From Sphyrna mokarran (Eukaryota), in assembly GCA_024679065.1 (NCBI GenBank), contig JAGIQG010000027.1, positions 28,954,001 to 29,018,000 on the forward strand: a stretch of 64,000 bases of DNA. Reading direction: 5' to 3'. A program made the translations under genes and the position numbers. Under the pieces are notes generated by a model, which was not told where the DNA came from, ran no database searches, and worked only from the letters and a program-made list of their open reading frames with translations. Of the stretch, positions 1-14,094 are shown piece by piece (positions within the stretch are counted from its first letter, which is position 1; every line of letters starts with the position of its first letter).

Positions 1-80
1 ATACTGTCAGATCTGCTGAGTATTTCCAGCATTTTCTGTTTTTATTTCAGATTTCCAGCATCTGCAATAATTCTTTTGTA
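1..80 (+). mobile_element. 3' tail fragment of a Penelope-like element (second family)
   Basis: gatctgctgagtatttccagcattttctgtttttatttcagatttccagcatctgc; related copies at ~16595-16705 and ~54100-54270. Confidence 0.5.
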
Positions 81-325
81 TCATGTTTTGCTTTTTTTTT
101 CATCTCGCACTGAAACCGAAAACATCTACTGAATTTATTTTAACTATTATTCACTTTGATTGTATGCTTGGGAAAATAAAGTATTTTTCATTGTGATTCA
201 TAATAAAAGTAATTTGTCACCTTGTAAATACAGTATTTGTTATTTAAATAAAGGTACTGTTTATAAATGGCATTATAGATTAAAGGAAAGCCACTGACAA
301 CTTCCTTTTAAGGTAATAATTTTCA

Positions 326-343
326 ACACACACACACACACAC
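326..343 (+). repeat. (CA)n microsatellite
   Basis: acacacacacacacaca. Confidence 0.9.
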
Positions 344-499
344 AAAGACATGCTAGACATATTTGAAGACAGCTTCAATTTTTCATTGCATGTTTTACTT
401 GCCTTTATAGTGGCCGCATAGAGTCAAGCAGATGATCCAGGGCACATTGTCAAAATACACAGAAGCTTAAGACAAAGGTGATGTATGGTGAACAACAAA

Positions 500-1815
500 C
501 AGAAATGAGTCCTTGTGCAAAAAAAATTTTGGGTATGCAGCTGGCTTCAAGCTACAAATTGTGTCATTTGCTAACTTGTCAAACAACTTCTTTGGAATTA
601 GGAGGAATTTGCCCTGAAGACAAACAATATGTTCCTTGGAACAGGGACCAACCACTGATCTGAATTTAAGAAGCATATATTGGAATAGGTCTTCAAATCA
701 CCAGAATATATATATACACTTACATGGGCCAAATGTGAACAAATTAGTTTGTGTAGCTGCATTGTGGAATGAAAATTACTAGTGTGGCAGAAGATCAAAA
801 TCACCCCCAACTACCGAAAGATTTCTTCCAGAATTTCCAATTTCAAACTATTCCTCAGATAATAGCAAAACCATGAGTACCCTATAAATGCTCAACAATT
901 TCAATATGTCCAACAGCCAAACTGGAGTAGAATGGTTCATAAGCAGTTTTAGTGAAAACTGCAGGATACAAGAAGATTCATAATCATACTAGCTTGCGTG
1001 GCTGATGGGATGAAATTAAAGCCTGTGGCAATTTTTAAATGTAAAACTATGTCAAAAAGCAAGTTCCCTGCAGGGAATTATGTGCATAACAATAGTTGGA
1101 CGGCTGAGGGTGATAAGTTGTAAATCAATTGTATGGAATTTATGTTGCAATTACCAATGTAAAGAATTCAGCTTATTTACACATAGGTCACATTCTGATC
1201 CCATATAATCAAATAGATCATGAGGTGTCCAAAGAAATAACACCCAAAGTCTAGTTATACCAGTGACCAAATGATCATAGTTCAATTTTTTTAAATATGT
1301 GCTTCAACAGATGGGGTTGCATGGTGGCAGTGGTTAGCACTGCTGTCTCATAACACCAGGCATGCGGGTTCAATTTGGCCTCGGTGATTGTGTGGAATTT
1401 GCATATTCTCTCTGCATCTGTATGGGTTTCTTCTGAATACTCTGGTTTCCTCCCATACTCCAAAGATATGCAGGTTAGATTGATGGGTTATGCTAAATTG
1501 CCCTTTAGTGTCAGGAGGACTTGTAGGGTAAATATTCGGGGTTATGGAGTCTGGGTGGGATTGTTGCTAGTTTGGGCTTGATGGGTCAAATGACCTCCAT
1601 TTACATTGGAGAGATTCTATGAAACTATTTAGAACCATGTTTGTACTGAATAGAACAGAAAAATGTTAGATGGAGAAAAACCCTTCACGAAGAGTGGGAA
1701 CATGTGCTGCCCTGCTTGATGTTTTCTTGCGGTTTTGTTGTCAAATCATGTGATTATTTAATGCACAAACTTATAAGATTATCCAATTTAGTGGAATGGA
1801 AATTGATTGAAGATG
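500..1815 (+). mobile_element. Degraded pogo-family (POGK-like) DNA transposase, interrupted by a SINE
   Basis: Frameshifted fragments YAAGFKLQIVSFA (Brinker-DBD-like), VLVKTAG, IILACVADGMKLKPVAIFKCKTMSKSKFPAG (~980-1075), MLDGEKPFTKSGNM (~1665-1705). Confidence 0.7.
1312..1622 (+). mobile_element. HE1-type V-SINE
   Basis: tRNA-like head GGTGGCAGTGGTTAGCACTGCTG...GGGTTCAA, V-domain tgtggaatttgcatattctc...ggtttcctcccatactccaaagat, CR1-derived tail. Confidence 0.85.
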
Positions 1816-1819
1816 ATAT

Positions 1820-2697
1820 TGTTGTAGAGGGATGATTCTGAAACCAAGTGTCAGATTTGATCCAGTGAGTCCATGTATGACATTAGTGTACCTTTAAGAG
1901 ATTTTTAAAAAATTATTATCTCTGCAGCTCTCTCAGCTTCACTGTTTCTCAGCTCACCATCTGTTTGTTTCTTCTCATTGTTGCCGGGCTGACCACAATG
2001 AGTCATTTTATTGTTCCTTAAGTGGGTTAAATGGGGTCTGTATTTGTTTACTCTGGCGTTTGTTTTATGGTCCTATGTTTTATTGTTAGGAAGATCATGG
2101 GTTCTAGTCAGACTTTTTCTTCCCAGGAAATTCAAGGTTTCATTATCTGTTTTTGCTAACTGCAGTTTTATTGTTAAAAGGGATAGGAGGCTAAAATGTG
2201 TTTTCTCTCTCCCTGTTGTTTTGGAGATTTACTGGTTATCTGAAGAAGTTACTTTTCTATAGTGAAGACTCTACACTTAATAGCTCAACTAGTAGTTCAG
2301 GATTGTTTTATCTTCAACTTGTTCTGAGTGAATTCAGAGGATTGCAAACTTCAACCAAAGGACTCAGTATTTAGTATCATGTGAGCATTAATCTTTGCTG
2401 TGTTGAACTGTTTAAAGGGTTGGTTTCGATTAGGACACCTTTTATATATATTCATTAAGGGTTATATGTTATTGTGATTGTTTTGCTTTTGTTTTAATTG
2501 TTAGAAATTATTGCCAATTTTCTTTCCATGTGTTAACTATATTCTTAAATAAACTTTTTAATAAAAGCTCCCTCATGGTATTTGAATCATACCTGAAGTG
2601 AAACATGTCATGCTTATTCTAGCCAAATTCAAGATGCAAAATTTATGATCCAGGCGAGCTCCACAGAACACTTCAGCTTTTGACCTGACCCATAACA
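1820..2697 (+). mobile_element. Probable solo LTR
   Basis: Ends ...ctgacccataACA, TATA-like and AATAAA signals in the 3' half; 5' boundary and TSD uncertain. Confidence 0.4.
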
Positions 2698-3282
2698 ATC
2701 ACGATGTCAAAGTGACTCAGAATGAATATGATTTACCCTTTCACAATGATTGACATTTCTAAAAAATGTTTTCATTGTACTAAAGACACTCTTGAAGAAT
2801 GACCTAATTCAATAAAATACATTATGTTAATTTACTTTGAATAATTGGGGTATTTTTCCATTTCAAAAAAGGGACTACCTACACCAATAGTAGCAATTCA
2901 ATTTTATACTTTGCATGTAAGCCACCTTAAGAATTTTTTTGAGGCTTCAAAGGTTGACTTCTACAGCACAATTAAGGAAAATAAGCAACCTGTGACTTTG
3001 AATAAGTAGCTAATGAGTTACAGGAGTAAAAATGACATGTCTTTACTTGTATTATGTGCTTGACACTACATGTCTGCTGAAGGCGGCAGTGGTTACCTAT
3101 AGAGTTTTTTTTCAGGATCTTAAATGATGTAGTGTTTTTTGAAACTTTCCAATTTTATCTCAATGATTTCAAAATGTGGTATTTGAGCGAGTTTACATAA
3201 ATACTTTTGAAGATCTAAGAGAAAACATTGGGCAGTCCTACAAATATGAATTGTTAATTCTGGTAATTGTATCAACCATTCA

Positions 3283-3965
3283 AGTCAATTTGGATGCTAG
3301 AGGGAGTTTTTTCATACAGAGGGTGGTGGGGGCATGGAATGCGCTGCCAAGTGGAGGCAGGGACTCTGGAGTTATTTAAGAGATACTTAGATGGGCACAT
3401 GAACAGAATGGGAGTGGAGGGATATAGAAAACGGATTTAAAATAGGAATCATGAGCCTTGGGAGTTCCCTGGGAAGTTGTAAATTGTCAATGATATTGAT
3501 GTATTTGTTTTATCCTACAGGTACTTCGGTCCGGTTTGTTGTCTTACAAGGGACATACATACGATGGGTCGTGAGAGGGCTGCTCTTGGATTTTGAGAGT
3601 ATTATAGTGCTTCACATCATTACTGTACGCTTGACCTCAACCACTTGATGGGCAACACGACAGCTCAGTGACTATCGCGCTGCTGTGCAGATACATGGAT
3701 TTGGGCTTGTGTCTGTGGGAGTTTGCGCATTCTCCCATGCTTGCGTGGGTTTTCTCCGGGTGCTCCGGTTTCCTCCTACATCCCAAAGATGTACTCTTAG
3801 GCTGACTGGCAGAACAAATTCTCCCTAAATTGTTTCAAATTTAGTTCTATGCATAAATCTATAAACATAGACAGGGATCATGGATAGAAGTGGGGACATT
3901 GAGGTGGCGGCGCAGGCTCGTCGGGCTGAAGGGCCTGTTTCCAGTGCTGTTTTGTTCTTTGTTCA
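3283..3965 (+). mobile_element. 5'-truncated CR1 LINE with long V-SINE-containing 3' UTR
   Basis: ORF2 end (NLDARGSFFIQRVVGAWNALP), ~530-nt UTR matching copies at 56840 and 62403, (GTTCTTT)n end. Confidence 0.88.
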
Positions 3966-6900
3966 ATTTGTTATGAGCAACAGCTGGGATCAATTCAACA
4001 TGAATAGTCTGCCTAAGGAAGAACTTTACGAATTATGATTGGTAAAGATTGAAAATGTTTAGGTATTTCAGGTTTACATCATGTGTCCAGTACCTGGAAT
4101 CTCTTGCATGCCTTATTTAAATAAATAAATAGTATTTTTTCCCTAATCTTTTGTCGAAGTAATTGTATAACTGAAGGGTGATGCACTGAAGGCTGGTTTT
4201 GATAAATGATATGAAATCAGCAACAGGGCTCTACACATTGGCTGTTTGTTTGCAGACTTCAGCAATGAGTTGTCGCACAGATGCTATCTAACTTTTAAAA
4301 TATAAAGATACTAACATGTTATAAAAAGAAAACCTCAGAACTGTAACCACCTTTTAAGTGGTATTTTACCCTGAATATAATGCTGAAAATTCTGACTAAA
4401 ATAGATAAATCCTGTCAAACACCGGTAAATTTTGGCTTTGAGAGGAAATCTTGAGTAATAAAAGCCTAATACCATAGCCATTGAAATTATTGAACATAAT
4501 ATGCAAAAATTGTCAATAGAAAAATGACAGATTTCAAAGTTGGTAGTGGAGTTACTTCTCAGATAGAAGTTTGTTAGTTAAGGTATATTCTTCTCAAAAT
4601 GCTTTTTGGCCAAAATAAAGCATTGGAATAAGCCCAAAATGGGATACTTTGGATTTTGTTTCTCTCTCTTTTGAGGACCATGAATTGGATGTGGAATTTG
4701 GTTTTTGTAGTAAGCAACAAATGGATTTGGGTTTGCCTGGCCCACTCTGAGAACTGGCTTTCTATCTTTAAGGATGTATTTAAAAAAATCTTCTCAAAAT
4801 ACATTTGGGTGCTTTAAAAGTCTCATTAGATATTTCCCCTAAGTGTGTTAAAATGATTTTCAAATATATGTTGAAGTTAGACCAATCATCAAATTAATTG
4901 TGTTTGATTCTTTTAATCTCAATATTACTTCCATGCTAAAACTGCACTCAGATTTTCTTTAGCTGGAGTCTTTCATTTTGCCAATTACAAATTTTCCATC
5001 TTCACATTTTAAATACCAGCTGATTATTTTTCTCTACTATAACTGTGATGATAGAATTAATTTTATCCAAGTTAAATATTCTATTATTTTACATTTTTAT
5101 AATGATTAATAAAAAGAAATTAGATCAATATTTAATTTATTTAATGTCACATTTCCAGTAACTTATACAGTTCATTAAAATATATCAACCTTTAACTTAG
5201 GAAAATCAAAAATTTCACATTTTCTTTGATACAAAGTCAACTTCTTAAATATTAATTTGGAACTTGGATTAACTCTTCTCATTTATAAATGACATTGTTT
5301 CAAGTAGTTACTACATTTTTTTAAATTGCACAACCTTCTGTTGACTCCTCATGAGGTAACAATTTCAGCAGTTGTGTATTACATTACCGAGTATTTCATT
5401 GATCACATAAAACATTTTAACATCTAGGAGGTTTCTCATACTGTATTCCTGATCAACTTATCAAGCATATGACAAAGATATGTTCCTTTCATTCATTAAT
5501 CTAAACTAGCGTTCAATTTATACACTCAAAGGTCAACGAATTCTAGTTCCTCAAGGTAATTGTTAAACACAAATTATCATTTAAAGATATCTGATATATC
5601 ACATTTATTTTTGACATATCTTGACCTAGCTTAAATATAATTGAAGACTGCATTTAATGCCTTCTAGATAACCTCAAGATGCACTAATAAACAATATATT
5701 TAAAATTGATTTCAAGAGAAATTGTTTTAACCTTAAAGATATATATCATTTCTTGAAGTTTATTAAATTCTTTGAGCAATTGGAAGAAATTATTAATTTC
5801 ATGCCATCTTCTGTAAATCAGAACATACTGTATTTCTAAATGACAATCACACTGGATATAGCCAATTAAACGTTTGAGGTATTTCAAAATTGAAATTCTG
5901 AATGAATTGCTGACATCTTGATAGTAATTTAGGATTGAATGTGTCAAAATCATTTAATGTATTAATGTATTTAATGATTTTAAGATATTTATAAACATAT
6001 TCAATCATTGAATTTGAGAATGAATGACAATTTGGGATGCCAAATAATATAGCAATAAATCAAGTACAATACTGTCAAATTAAAAGCAAATTACTTTGGT
6101 TACAAGAATTGAGTGTTCTGCTAAAGTTGCTAAACATCTACTGTTGTATCTGCTGCTGACACAATATCAAAGCATGGGCACATTTATCAGACTTATATCC
6201 TCTAGATTTCAAATGAGAAATGTAGAACAGCTCACTGTTTCAATATAAAACCTTTGAACAGTACCAGAGATCTGCTCAATATGGAAAATAAGCCACCAAC
6301 GTTTATAGGTTGTATACATTATAAACAAGCTGCCTCAGATAAATACATTCAACGAAATACCTGCAACAAAGTAAATTAATATTCTTACTAAATTTAAAAA
6401 TAACTTCACGTAATGTACTTCAAACTTGGTGAATGTTAACATTTCAAAGACAAAAAAATCCATAAAATCATTACATCTAGACTGTTGAATAATGCATTAT
6501 TTCTGTAGCAAAATAAAACACATACTTTAGTTGGTACAACATGTGCTACAAATATCCTTAATAGTATAATGTCATTTCCATATTAAATAGTACTTTTCAG
6601 GCTTTTGCTAATGAAGCAGCAATCCTTGTAACAAATATATTGTTTTGAGTTTGAAAAGGTACAGACTATTTGTAAACCTTGCATGCTTCATTTTACAAGG
6701 TTTTGTACCATTGCATTTCGTTTTTTGCATTCCTATTTTCTTTCCTTTGAATTTTTATGTTGTTGCTGAAAGTTATCTTTCTGTGATTAGCATTATTGAA
6801 ATGCTATTGGTTAATTTCTATAATTATGTTGTGTAGGTGTTTATTTAGTACAGAATCTGTTATTCTATTACAGCATATAACAACACAATCAATTGTGGGT

Positions 6901-7049
6901 TTCAATTTCATCAAATAATGCCATCATGTATCCTCCCACTAAATTGGCACAAGCAAACTAAAATAATTGAAACTATTTGAAATGATTTTTAACCTGTTTA
7001 TAAATAAAACATGCATCAACGAACAGTGATATACGAAATATTAACCACT

Positions 7050-7330
7050 CATAGCACCCTCAAGGGCCCAATGGCTAAAGCCATTTTCCAGAAAGCATTA
7101 AGCTAATACAGACTAGAAAGTCCCAGAATTTGTTTGTCCCTGGTCTATGCTGAATTAGCTAATCTAGCCTTGGCAGCACTTTTGGTACCCTAATATTCCT
7201 TAGGCTAGTGAAAGGTTCCTGCTCCTGCTTGCTATCCATTGACCTGTTCTGGAAAGTTTGTTTATGGATATTAGATGGGAATAAAATCAGACTTTATTGT
7301 GGTGGCCTTCATGACAAACTGATCTACCAA
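7050..7330 (+). mobile_element. Ancient tRNA-derived SINE (AmnSINE2/MamSINE1-like)
   Basis: cagactagaaagtcccag...ctggtctatgctgaattagctaatct...ggttcctgctcctgcttgctatccattgacc resembles recalled consensus; highly diverged. Confidence 0.4.
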
Positions 7331-8629
7331 AACACTACACCAAAATTCAGATATGAAGGATATATGTTTGTAAGTTAGTGTAAAGCTGCTGCATATAATA
7401 GAGTAGAAGTCAGAAGCTTCAGCAGGCAAAGGTAACTTGGGGAGGGAAAGGGGAAGAGAGCAGGAATACACACAGTACTAAGTCTAGGCAATAAAAACTC
7501 CTAACATTATGACTGCCTTGTGCTTGTCATTGTGCACCTTATGTCACAATTGTTGATTATTAGTGCATAGATAATATGCATCAATGTAACACTCATCGTT
7601 GGTAAAGAAAATCTCAACTCTAATTGAAGTGTTTCAAGAAATTAAAAGAATAAATAAGAATACTAACAGAGTGTATTCTCAGGCCGTAATTCCATCCCCA
7701 GTATCAGATTTATAAATCTTTTATAAATCTTGTTTGCAATCTGACACTGCCTAAACGCAAAATGAAATTATTGCCTTCCAATTACTTCTGGGTATCTCTC
7801 TCATTCTCTGCATAAATGTGAAAAGACTGCACTAATAATGAATGGTATTTGCCACTGAATTATCTTTAATATTAGATTAATATTTCCAGGTCTCTGAATT
7901 ATATGATACAAAGTCTATGATCTTTGCACATTATCTGAAACTCCAATTATTTAAATAGAGGGTCTAACCAGATTAGGGAGATATAAATAAGAACAGAACC
8001 ATTAAATCTAAACTATGATAAACTTTTACATAACAGGATAATTGCAGTATACAGTATTTAATTAACCTCCACTTATGTAGTGGCATTAATTTTTTTGATT
8101 TAGACTGATTGTAAGCTCTCGAAACCTGCACTTTGGTGCAATTATTGCTCACTTTCACCAAACAGAGGTTATCTTTTTGATCATGTTAAGAAAGCCATGA
8201 CCACTTTCATAAACTTTGTATACAATAAATAACAAACATTTTACAGAAACTAAAACAAACGTTACATTAAAATTTCCTGACTAAAAAGCTTTAGTCACTC
8301 TGATTGGAAAGATTTGACAAGAACAGTTCGCCAAAACATAGGGTAAAATTATCTTGTTAAATTATGGTAGTGAGATTTTTAAATAAGCTTTATATCACTT
8401 GTCTCAATATACAGAGATGTATTCCGATGCATGCTTGGCCACAAGCTGCACTGCTTATAATAACTTTCAGGACAGACTCTGCATTTTGGCCTTTTTCCCC
8501 TGAATGTTTTCTTTTTAATTAATTTGAATTAGTGATTGCTGCAATTTAACAATTCACATGTTAGTAGCTTAAAAGATAATGATAGAATCATTTATTTTAA
8601 GGCTTTTCGATCAATTTTTTCCCTGTTTT

Positions 8630-8917
<288 letters not shown>

Positions 8918-9020
8918 TCAGCAATCAAACAATTTAGTACACAGTAGTGGACGAAATTGGTAACATTGTCACACTTAAGTGCTACAATAAACTATGTTTG
9001 ATGATTGTTTGATGTTGATC

Positions 9021-9320
9021 ATGTCGGGTAGAGGGAAAGGTAGTAAAGGGCTTGGTAAAGGTGGAGCCAACTAGCACGCAAAGTGCTCTGCGACAATATT
9101 CAAGGCATTACCAAGTCTGCCATCAGGCATCTGGCTCGCCGCGGAAGCGTCAAGTGTATCTCCGGCTTGATCCACGGGATGTTGAAGGTGTTTTTGGAGA
9201 ATGCGATCAGGGACTTGATGACCTTCATCGAACACGCCAAGTGCAAAAATGGTAACTGCCATGGATATGATGTATGAGCTTAAAGTGCCAGGGTAGGACC
9301 CTGTATGGCTTTGGTGATTG
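9021..9320 (+). pseudogene. Histone H4 pseudogene in MEIOC intron 7 (antisense)
   Basis: [16 protein letters not shown], premature TAG, frameshifts, [27 protein letters not shown] deleted, [20 protein letters not shown]. Confidence 0.93.
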
Positions 9321-9659
9321 CGGACAGTGTAAAGGGGAACAGACTAATGTATGCAGAGGCCAAGTAGAAGTTGAACACTTTCCACCAGACAAACAAAAAT
9401 TACATGATTAATCAATAAGATCTTGAAATTACCTTGTGCAAACATAAGTATCTAATCACTGTACATCTCTTCGTCTCTCTTTCATCTTTAAGATGTTCCT
9501 TAAAATCTACTCCTTTGACCAGATTTGATAAATGTTGTGAAGGTGACATTTTGATGAGTGCTTTGCAATGTTTTAACATCAAAGATGTTTATTACAGATA
9601 CCTGTTGCATAGAAATCTCAGAACTTGTTAAATTTCTTGGCTTACAATTTGAATTATAG

Positions 9660-10270
9660 GGCTGGATGTTTTAAAGGAAACAGGAAGGTTGAGCAGGAAA
9701 CTTCTCAAACTATCAGACCAATTTTCCATAAATGCCCACTGCAATTTTGCTCCGGGAAGATGGGAGCAGGATGGAACAAAGCCCGAGGTAGCACTGAAAT
9801 TGGGCAGATGGCCGCTCACTGGCAAATCAGCCCAATTTTAATGATGAATGTCAGACCCTCAAACCCTGTATCCCTCCACTCAGTCTAACTTGGTTGGGTG
9901 TGAAACTACAATTTGGCTGGCCATCATCTTTATGTAGTGAGGAGCTGCAGTCTGGGATATCTCCAAATGATCCTGAGCTGTAGAAATTCAGTACCATGGT
10001 GATCTTCAATGTTATAGGCAAAGGATGCTCATAACTTCCCATCAGGTTCAGCTCCCCTCCATCCTGCCATACTGCTCTCTGACAGCCTTGCAGAAAAGGT
10101 GTAGTGTTCAGTTGCTCCAACATTTGCAGGAAGTAAAGCCCTCTGATTCAGACCCTCTCCAGTAAGTAGTGTATTATACAGTCAAGTGGCTGGTTAGATG
10201 CCCAGCATCCTCCTCATCTGTTTCCCCTGTTTCCAAATCTGGCTGCATCTCTTTCCTTCTCTGATGCTCA
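9660..10270 (-). mobile_element. PIF/Harbinger transposon remnant
   Basis: ORF 9851..10123 contains HPLPITLKITMVLNFYSSGSF, matching the Harbinger LPVAVKVTVALNFYASGSFQ motif; element boundaries approximate. Confidence 0.6.
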
Positions 10271-10604
10271 TCTCATTTGACGGTCTCAAGGCCTGAGCGA
10301 ATGAGGCCCACAGCAAATTGCTACACAGTTCTCAGGGCCTTCTACTATTTTCCTATCCTCCAACTCTACTCTGTAAAAACTAAGTGTCCATCGAGAAAGA
10401 CACTCAATCAAACTAACTCTGCATGGATGCTGACTTTGGCTTGCCTGAGCTGTCTATGCAGATTCACTTTCCCTACAAAGCCACGTTATCTCTCAATGCT
10501 GCCAACTACAATCATAATTGACCTTTCGCTGCCCAGGCTCTCAAGCTCCTTTGTTCTTGTCTGCAACTTGTCTGGTCACTTAGCTTCTGACCTTAGTTCA
10601 AAAG

Positions 10605-11915
10605 AGTTGAAAGCCAAAGGTGAGGTGAGGTGACAGTGACTGTCTTTGATATCAAAGCAACATTTTGAGTTGAGTATGGCATCAAGGAGCCTTAGCGAAA
10701 CTGGAATCAGGGGTAAACCCTTACTGTTTGGAGTCATACCTGGCATAAAAGAAGATGGCTATGATGGTTGTGTGTGTGGTGATGGTGGGAGTCAATCATT
10801 TCAGCTCCAGGACATTACTTCAGGAATTTGTTAAGGTAATGTCATAGGCCCAACTATCTTCAACTGCTTCATCAATGCCCTTCTTTTCATAAGGTCAGAA
10901 GTGAAGGTATTTGCTGATCACTGCACCATCTACAACATGAACATCTCCCTTTGACACTTAATGGCATTACCATTGTTGGCACAGGTGTAAGGTGAGAGGG
11001 GAGAGATATTAAAGGGTCCAAAGGGGCAATTTTTTCATACAGAGTGGGTGAGTGGCTGGAAAAGGCTGCCAGAGGTAGTAGAAGAGGAGGGTGCGATTTT
11101 TAAAAAAAAAAAAAATTTTTTTTTTTTAGAAGGTTACTTTGGTAAGATGGCTATAAAAGGATATGGACTAAACATGGGCAGCTGGGACTAGCTTAGTGGT
11201 TAAAAACAAAGGGGCAGAAGGACAAGTTGGGCCAAAGTGCCTATTTCCATGCTGTCAACCTCTATGACTGAATCCCTACTATCAGCATCCTGAGGGTTAT
11301 TATTAACCAGAAACTTAAATGGACTAGCCAGATAAATACTGTGGCTACCAGAGCAAGTCAAAGGCTATGACTCCTATGGCAAGTAATTCATTTCCTGACT
11401 CCCCAATGCCTGTTCACCATCTACAAAGCATAAGGAAACAGTGCCTGGATGGGCGCAGCTCCAGCAACATTCAAGAAGCTGAATATCACCCAGGACAAAG
11501 CAGTCCTTGTTGCTACCCTTTTTACACTCATTCAATCCCCCCATCACTAATGAACAGTCACAGCTATGTGTGCAAGCTATAAGATATACAGCAGGAATAC
11601 ACCAAAGTGTCTTCCGCAGCACCTTCCAGATCCATAATGATTACCATCCAAAAGAAAAACAGAAGAGGGTACTTGGGAATACCACCATGTGGAAGTTCCC
11701 TGACAAGTCACTCATCATCCTGACTTGGAAATACATCACCATCCCTTCACTGCTGTTGGGTCAAAATCCTGGAATTCCCTCCCTAACACCGTGGGTATAC
11801 CCACACCTCAGGAACTGCAGTTCAAGAAGGTAGCTCACCACTAGCTTCTGAAGGCAACTAGAGATGGTCAATAAATGATAGGCCTCACCAGTGATACTGA
11901 CATCCTGTCAGTATG
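10605..11915 (+). mobile_element. Old CR1-clade LINE (RT to 3' end) with a nested CR1 3' fragment at ~10976-11268
   Basis: Decayed RT motifs (ITSG..GNVIGP, VFADHCT); host sequence resumes at ~11269 after the nested tail. Confidence 0.75.
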
Positions 11916-12484
11916 AGTTTACAAAAAAAACATAAAAGTAGAAAATATTGGTAAAGTGCAATTAGTTGTCTGTTATCTTCTTGCTTAGTTTCCTCTTTAG
12001 CTTGCATTTTTGCTGCCTTTAAGAATGGCTTTCCCCTGCTATTCCTCTGGGAATATTCCCCAGTGGCATGAGCACGTCATGCTTCCCCCCAATATTATTA
12101 ACATATTCAATTGCTTCCTAACCTTTCTCTAATTTGCTGGCAAAATCTTGTCCACCATTTATACATTTTTGAAAGAATGTTTAGCTTCTTAAAGTCTACA
12201 AAAAAAGCAAAAAAACCCACAATGGCAAGAATAAATATGATTTTTTTAAAAAAACTGTGAAAGATAAGCAATTTCAATAAAGATTCCACTTATCAGTATT
12301 GACACCAAATCAAGCCGTCATATGCAAGCTAAATGTCAATACTTGATATCTTTCAGAAACATTTTTGCCACACTGATACTGGTTCCCCAAAGAAGGCCTT
12401 CCATTCACAAAATGTAGTTATAAACAACTTATGCAGTGAATAATTTAAGTTCACTGCAGGTTGTTTTTGTACTTGTTATCCTCA

Positions 12485-12733
<249 letters not shown>

Positions 12734-13389
12734 CTATTAATAGAAGATTTATGCACCTATTAATCAAGTAGCAAAAAATGTGCTTTTACTTTAGTGGTAC
12801 AGTATTGTAAATTCCTACTTAAGCAGAACTGTATGTTAAAAGAAGTTACAATTTGTACAATTATTTATGCATGTATTTATATTACTATTTTTACCTGACA
12901 CACCTGCAAGAATAAAACATATAGGTGTAAGATGATTTCCAGTTAATCAAAGCTTGTAAAACTTAACATGTAAATGTTTTTTGTGTAACATGTGACAGCT
13001 TCATATCTTAATGTAGAGGTTAATGGAAAAGATGAGCAGTGTGAAATTAGTTTATGGAAATTCTCTACACGATTAGTCCTTAATCCCAAACAAGGATATT
13101 TGAAGCAATGCTGAGGTGACAACCAAATCTTGGTTCCCAACTAAAATAAGGTTTGATTTATTCATAACAGATTAGTCACAAAGGGCAAGATACTTTATCA
13201 TATACCTTTTTGCTACATCCAAAATAATACACAATAATTTACTAAGTTCAGACTACCTTTTAATAAGGTTGTATAACAATACAAAGACAGTGCATGCTTT
13301 GAATGGTTTACACTAATATCCTCACCCCAGCACTCTTGTATAAAATCCAAAAAATATTCTCATTGAATAGCCCAACCTTTCAAACTACT

Positions 13390-13610
13390 TTTTAAATGTG
13401 GATGAAAATGCTGTGTGCAATGCCAAAAAAGTCATTGCCACTGAATGGGAAGTTGCTAGTTGCCAGAAATTAATGGTTATTATCACTTTCAAAGCCATAG
13501 TTAGAACAGTTGGAACATCTGATGATTCCTTTCAATTTGTTTCTAGCGCTCTGACACAAAGCTTTCTGGGCCACTTGAACCTGCAAGAACTGTTGCACTG
13601 ATAACCTTCC
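13390..13610 (-). mobile_element. Harbinger transposase remnant
   Basis: Minus strand LTMALKVIITINF-ATSNF...FGIAH, same motif as at ~9980. Confidence 0.45.
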
Positions 13611-14094
13611 ATATCATACACAGAATCTCTATAGCCTCTCCTTGTATGTGCATTAACCTACATCGCATCTATTTCTCTGATATGAAAGTCCTATACCACA
13701 TATATGGTGCAATAAAACCACAATGCTGTGAGAATGAGAACTTTTTATCTTGATTGACTTCACTGGGAGGAAAAAAGTACTAGTTTGCATCTTTGTGCTC
13801 GATAGTAAGTCATTCATTGGCAGTGATGAAAGAAAAGAAAAATTGAAAAACCCTCCAGAATGAGCAAAGCACCAATCACAGAAGGAATTAGTGTACGTGA
13901 TGCCCATATCCCACAAATGAATAAGAAAACCCACTGTGTATTCTTTCACTTGGGCAGGAGATCACAAATGGAGATTCCTATTAAGACCACAAACTTCCAA
14001 ATCAGAAATAGCATAGGAAGATATATTGACAAAGTAAGAGACTGCATAATATCATCACTGGTATGATGTTGTATTAGCAAAACTGAATAAAATG

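Noticed and set aside
1-8600. Coding exons of a convergent neighbour such as CCDC43 (adjacent to MEIOC in mammals)
   Set aside because: No recognisable exon found; the coding-like segment at 500-1815 is a pogo transposase relic
9021-9320. Functional histone H4 variant
   Set aside because: In-frame stop at codon 18, frameshifts and a deletion in the histone fold
11101-11129. A-run/T-run palindrome resembling a terminator hairpin
   Set aside because: Homopolymer expansion inside a nested CR1 tail; no reason to infer function
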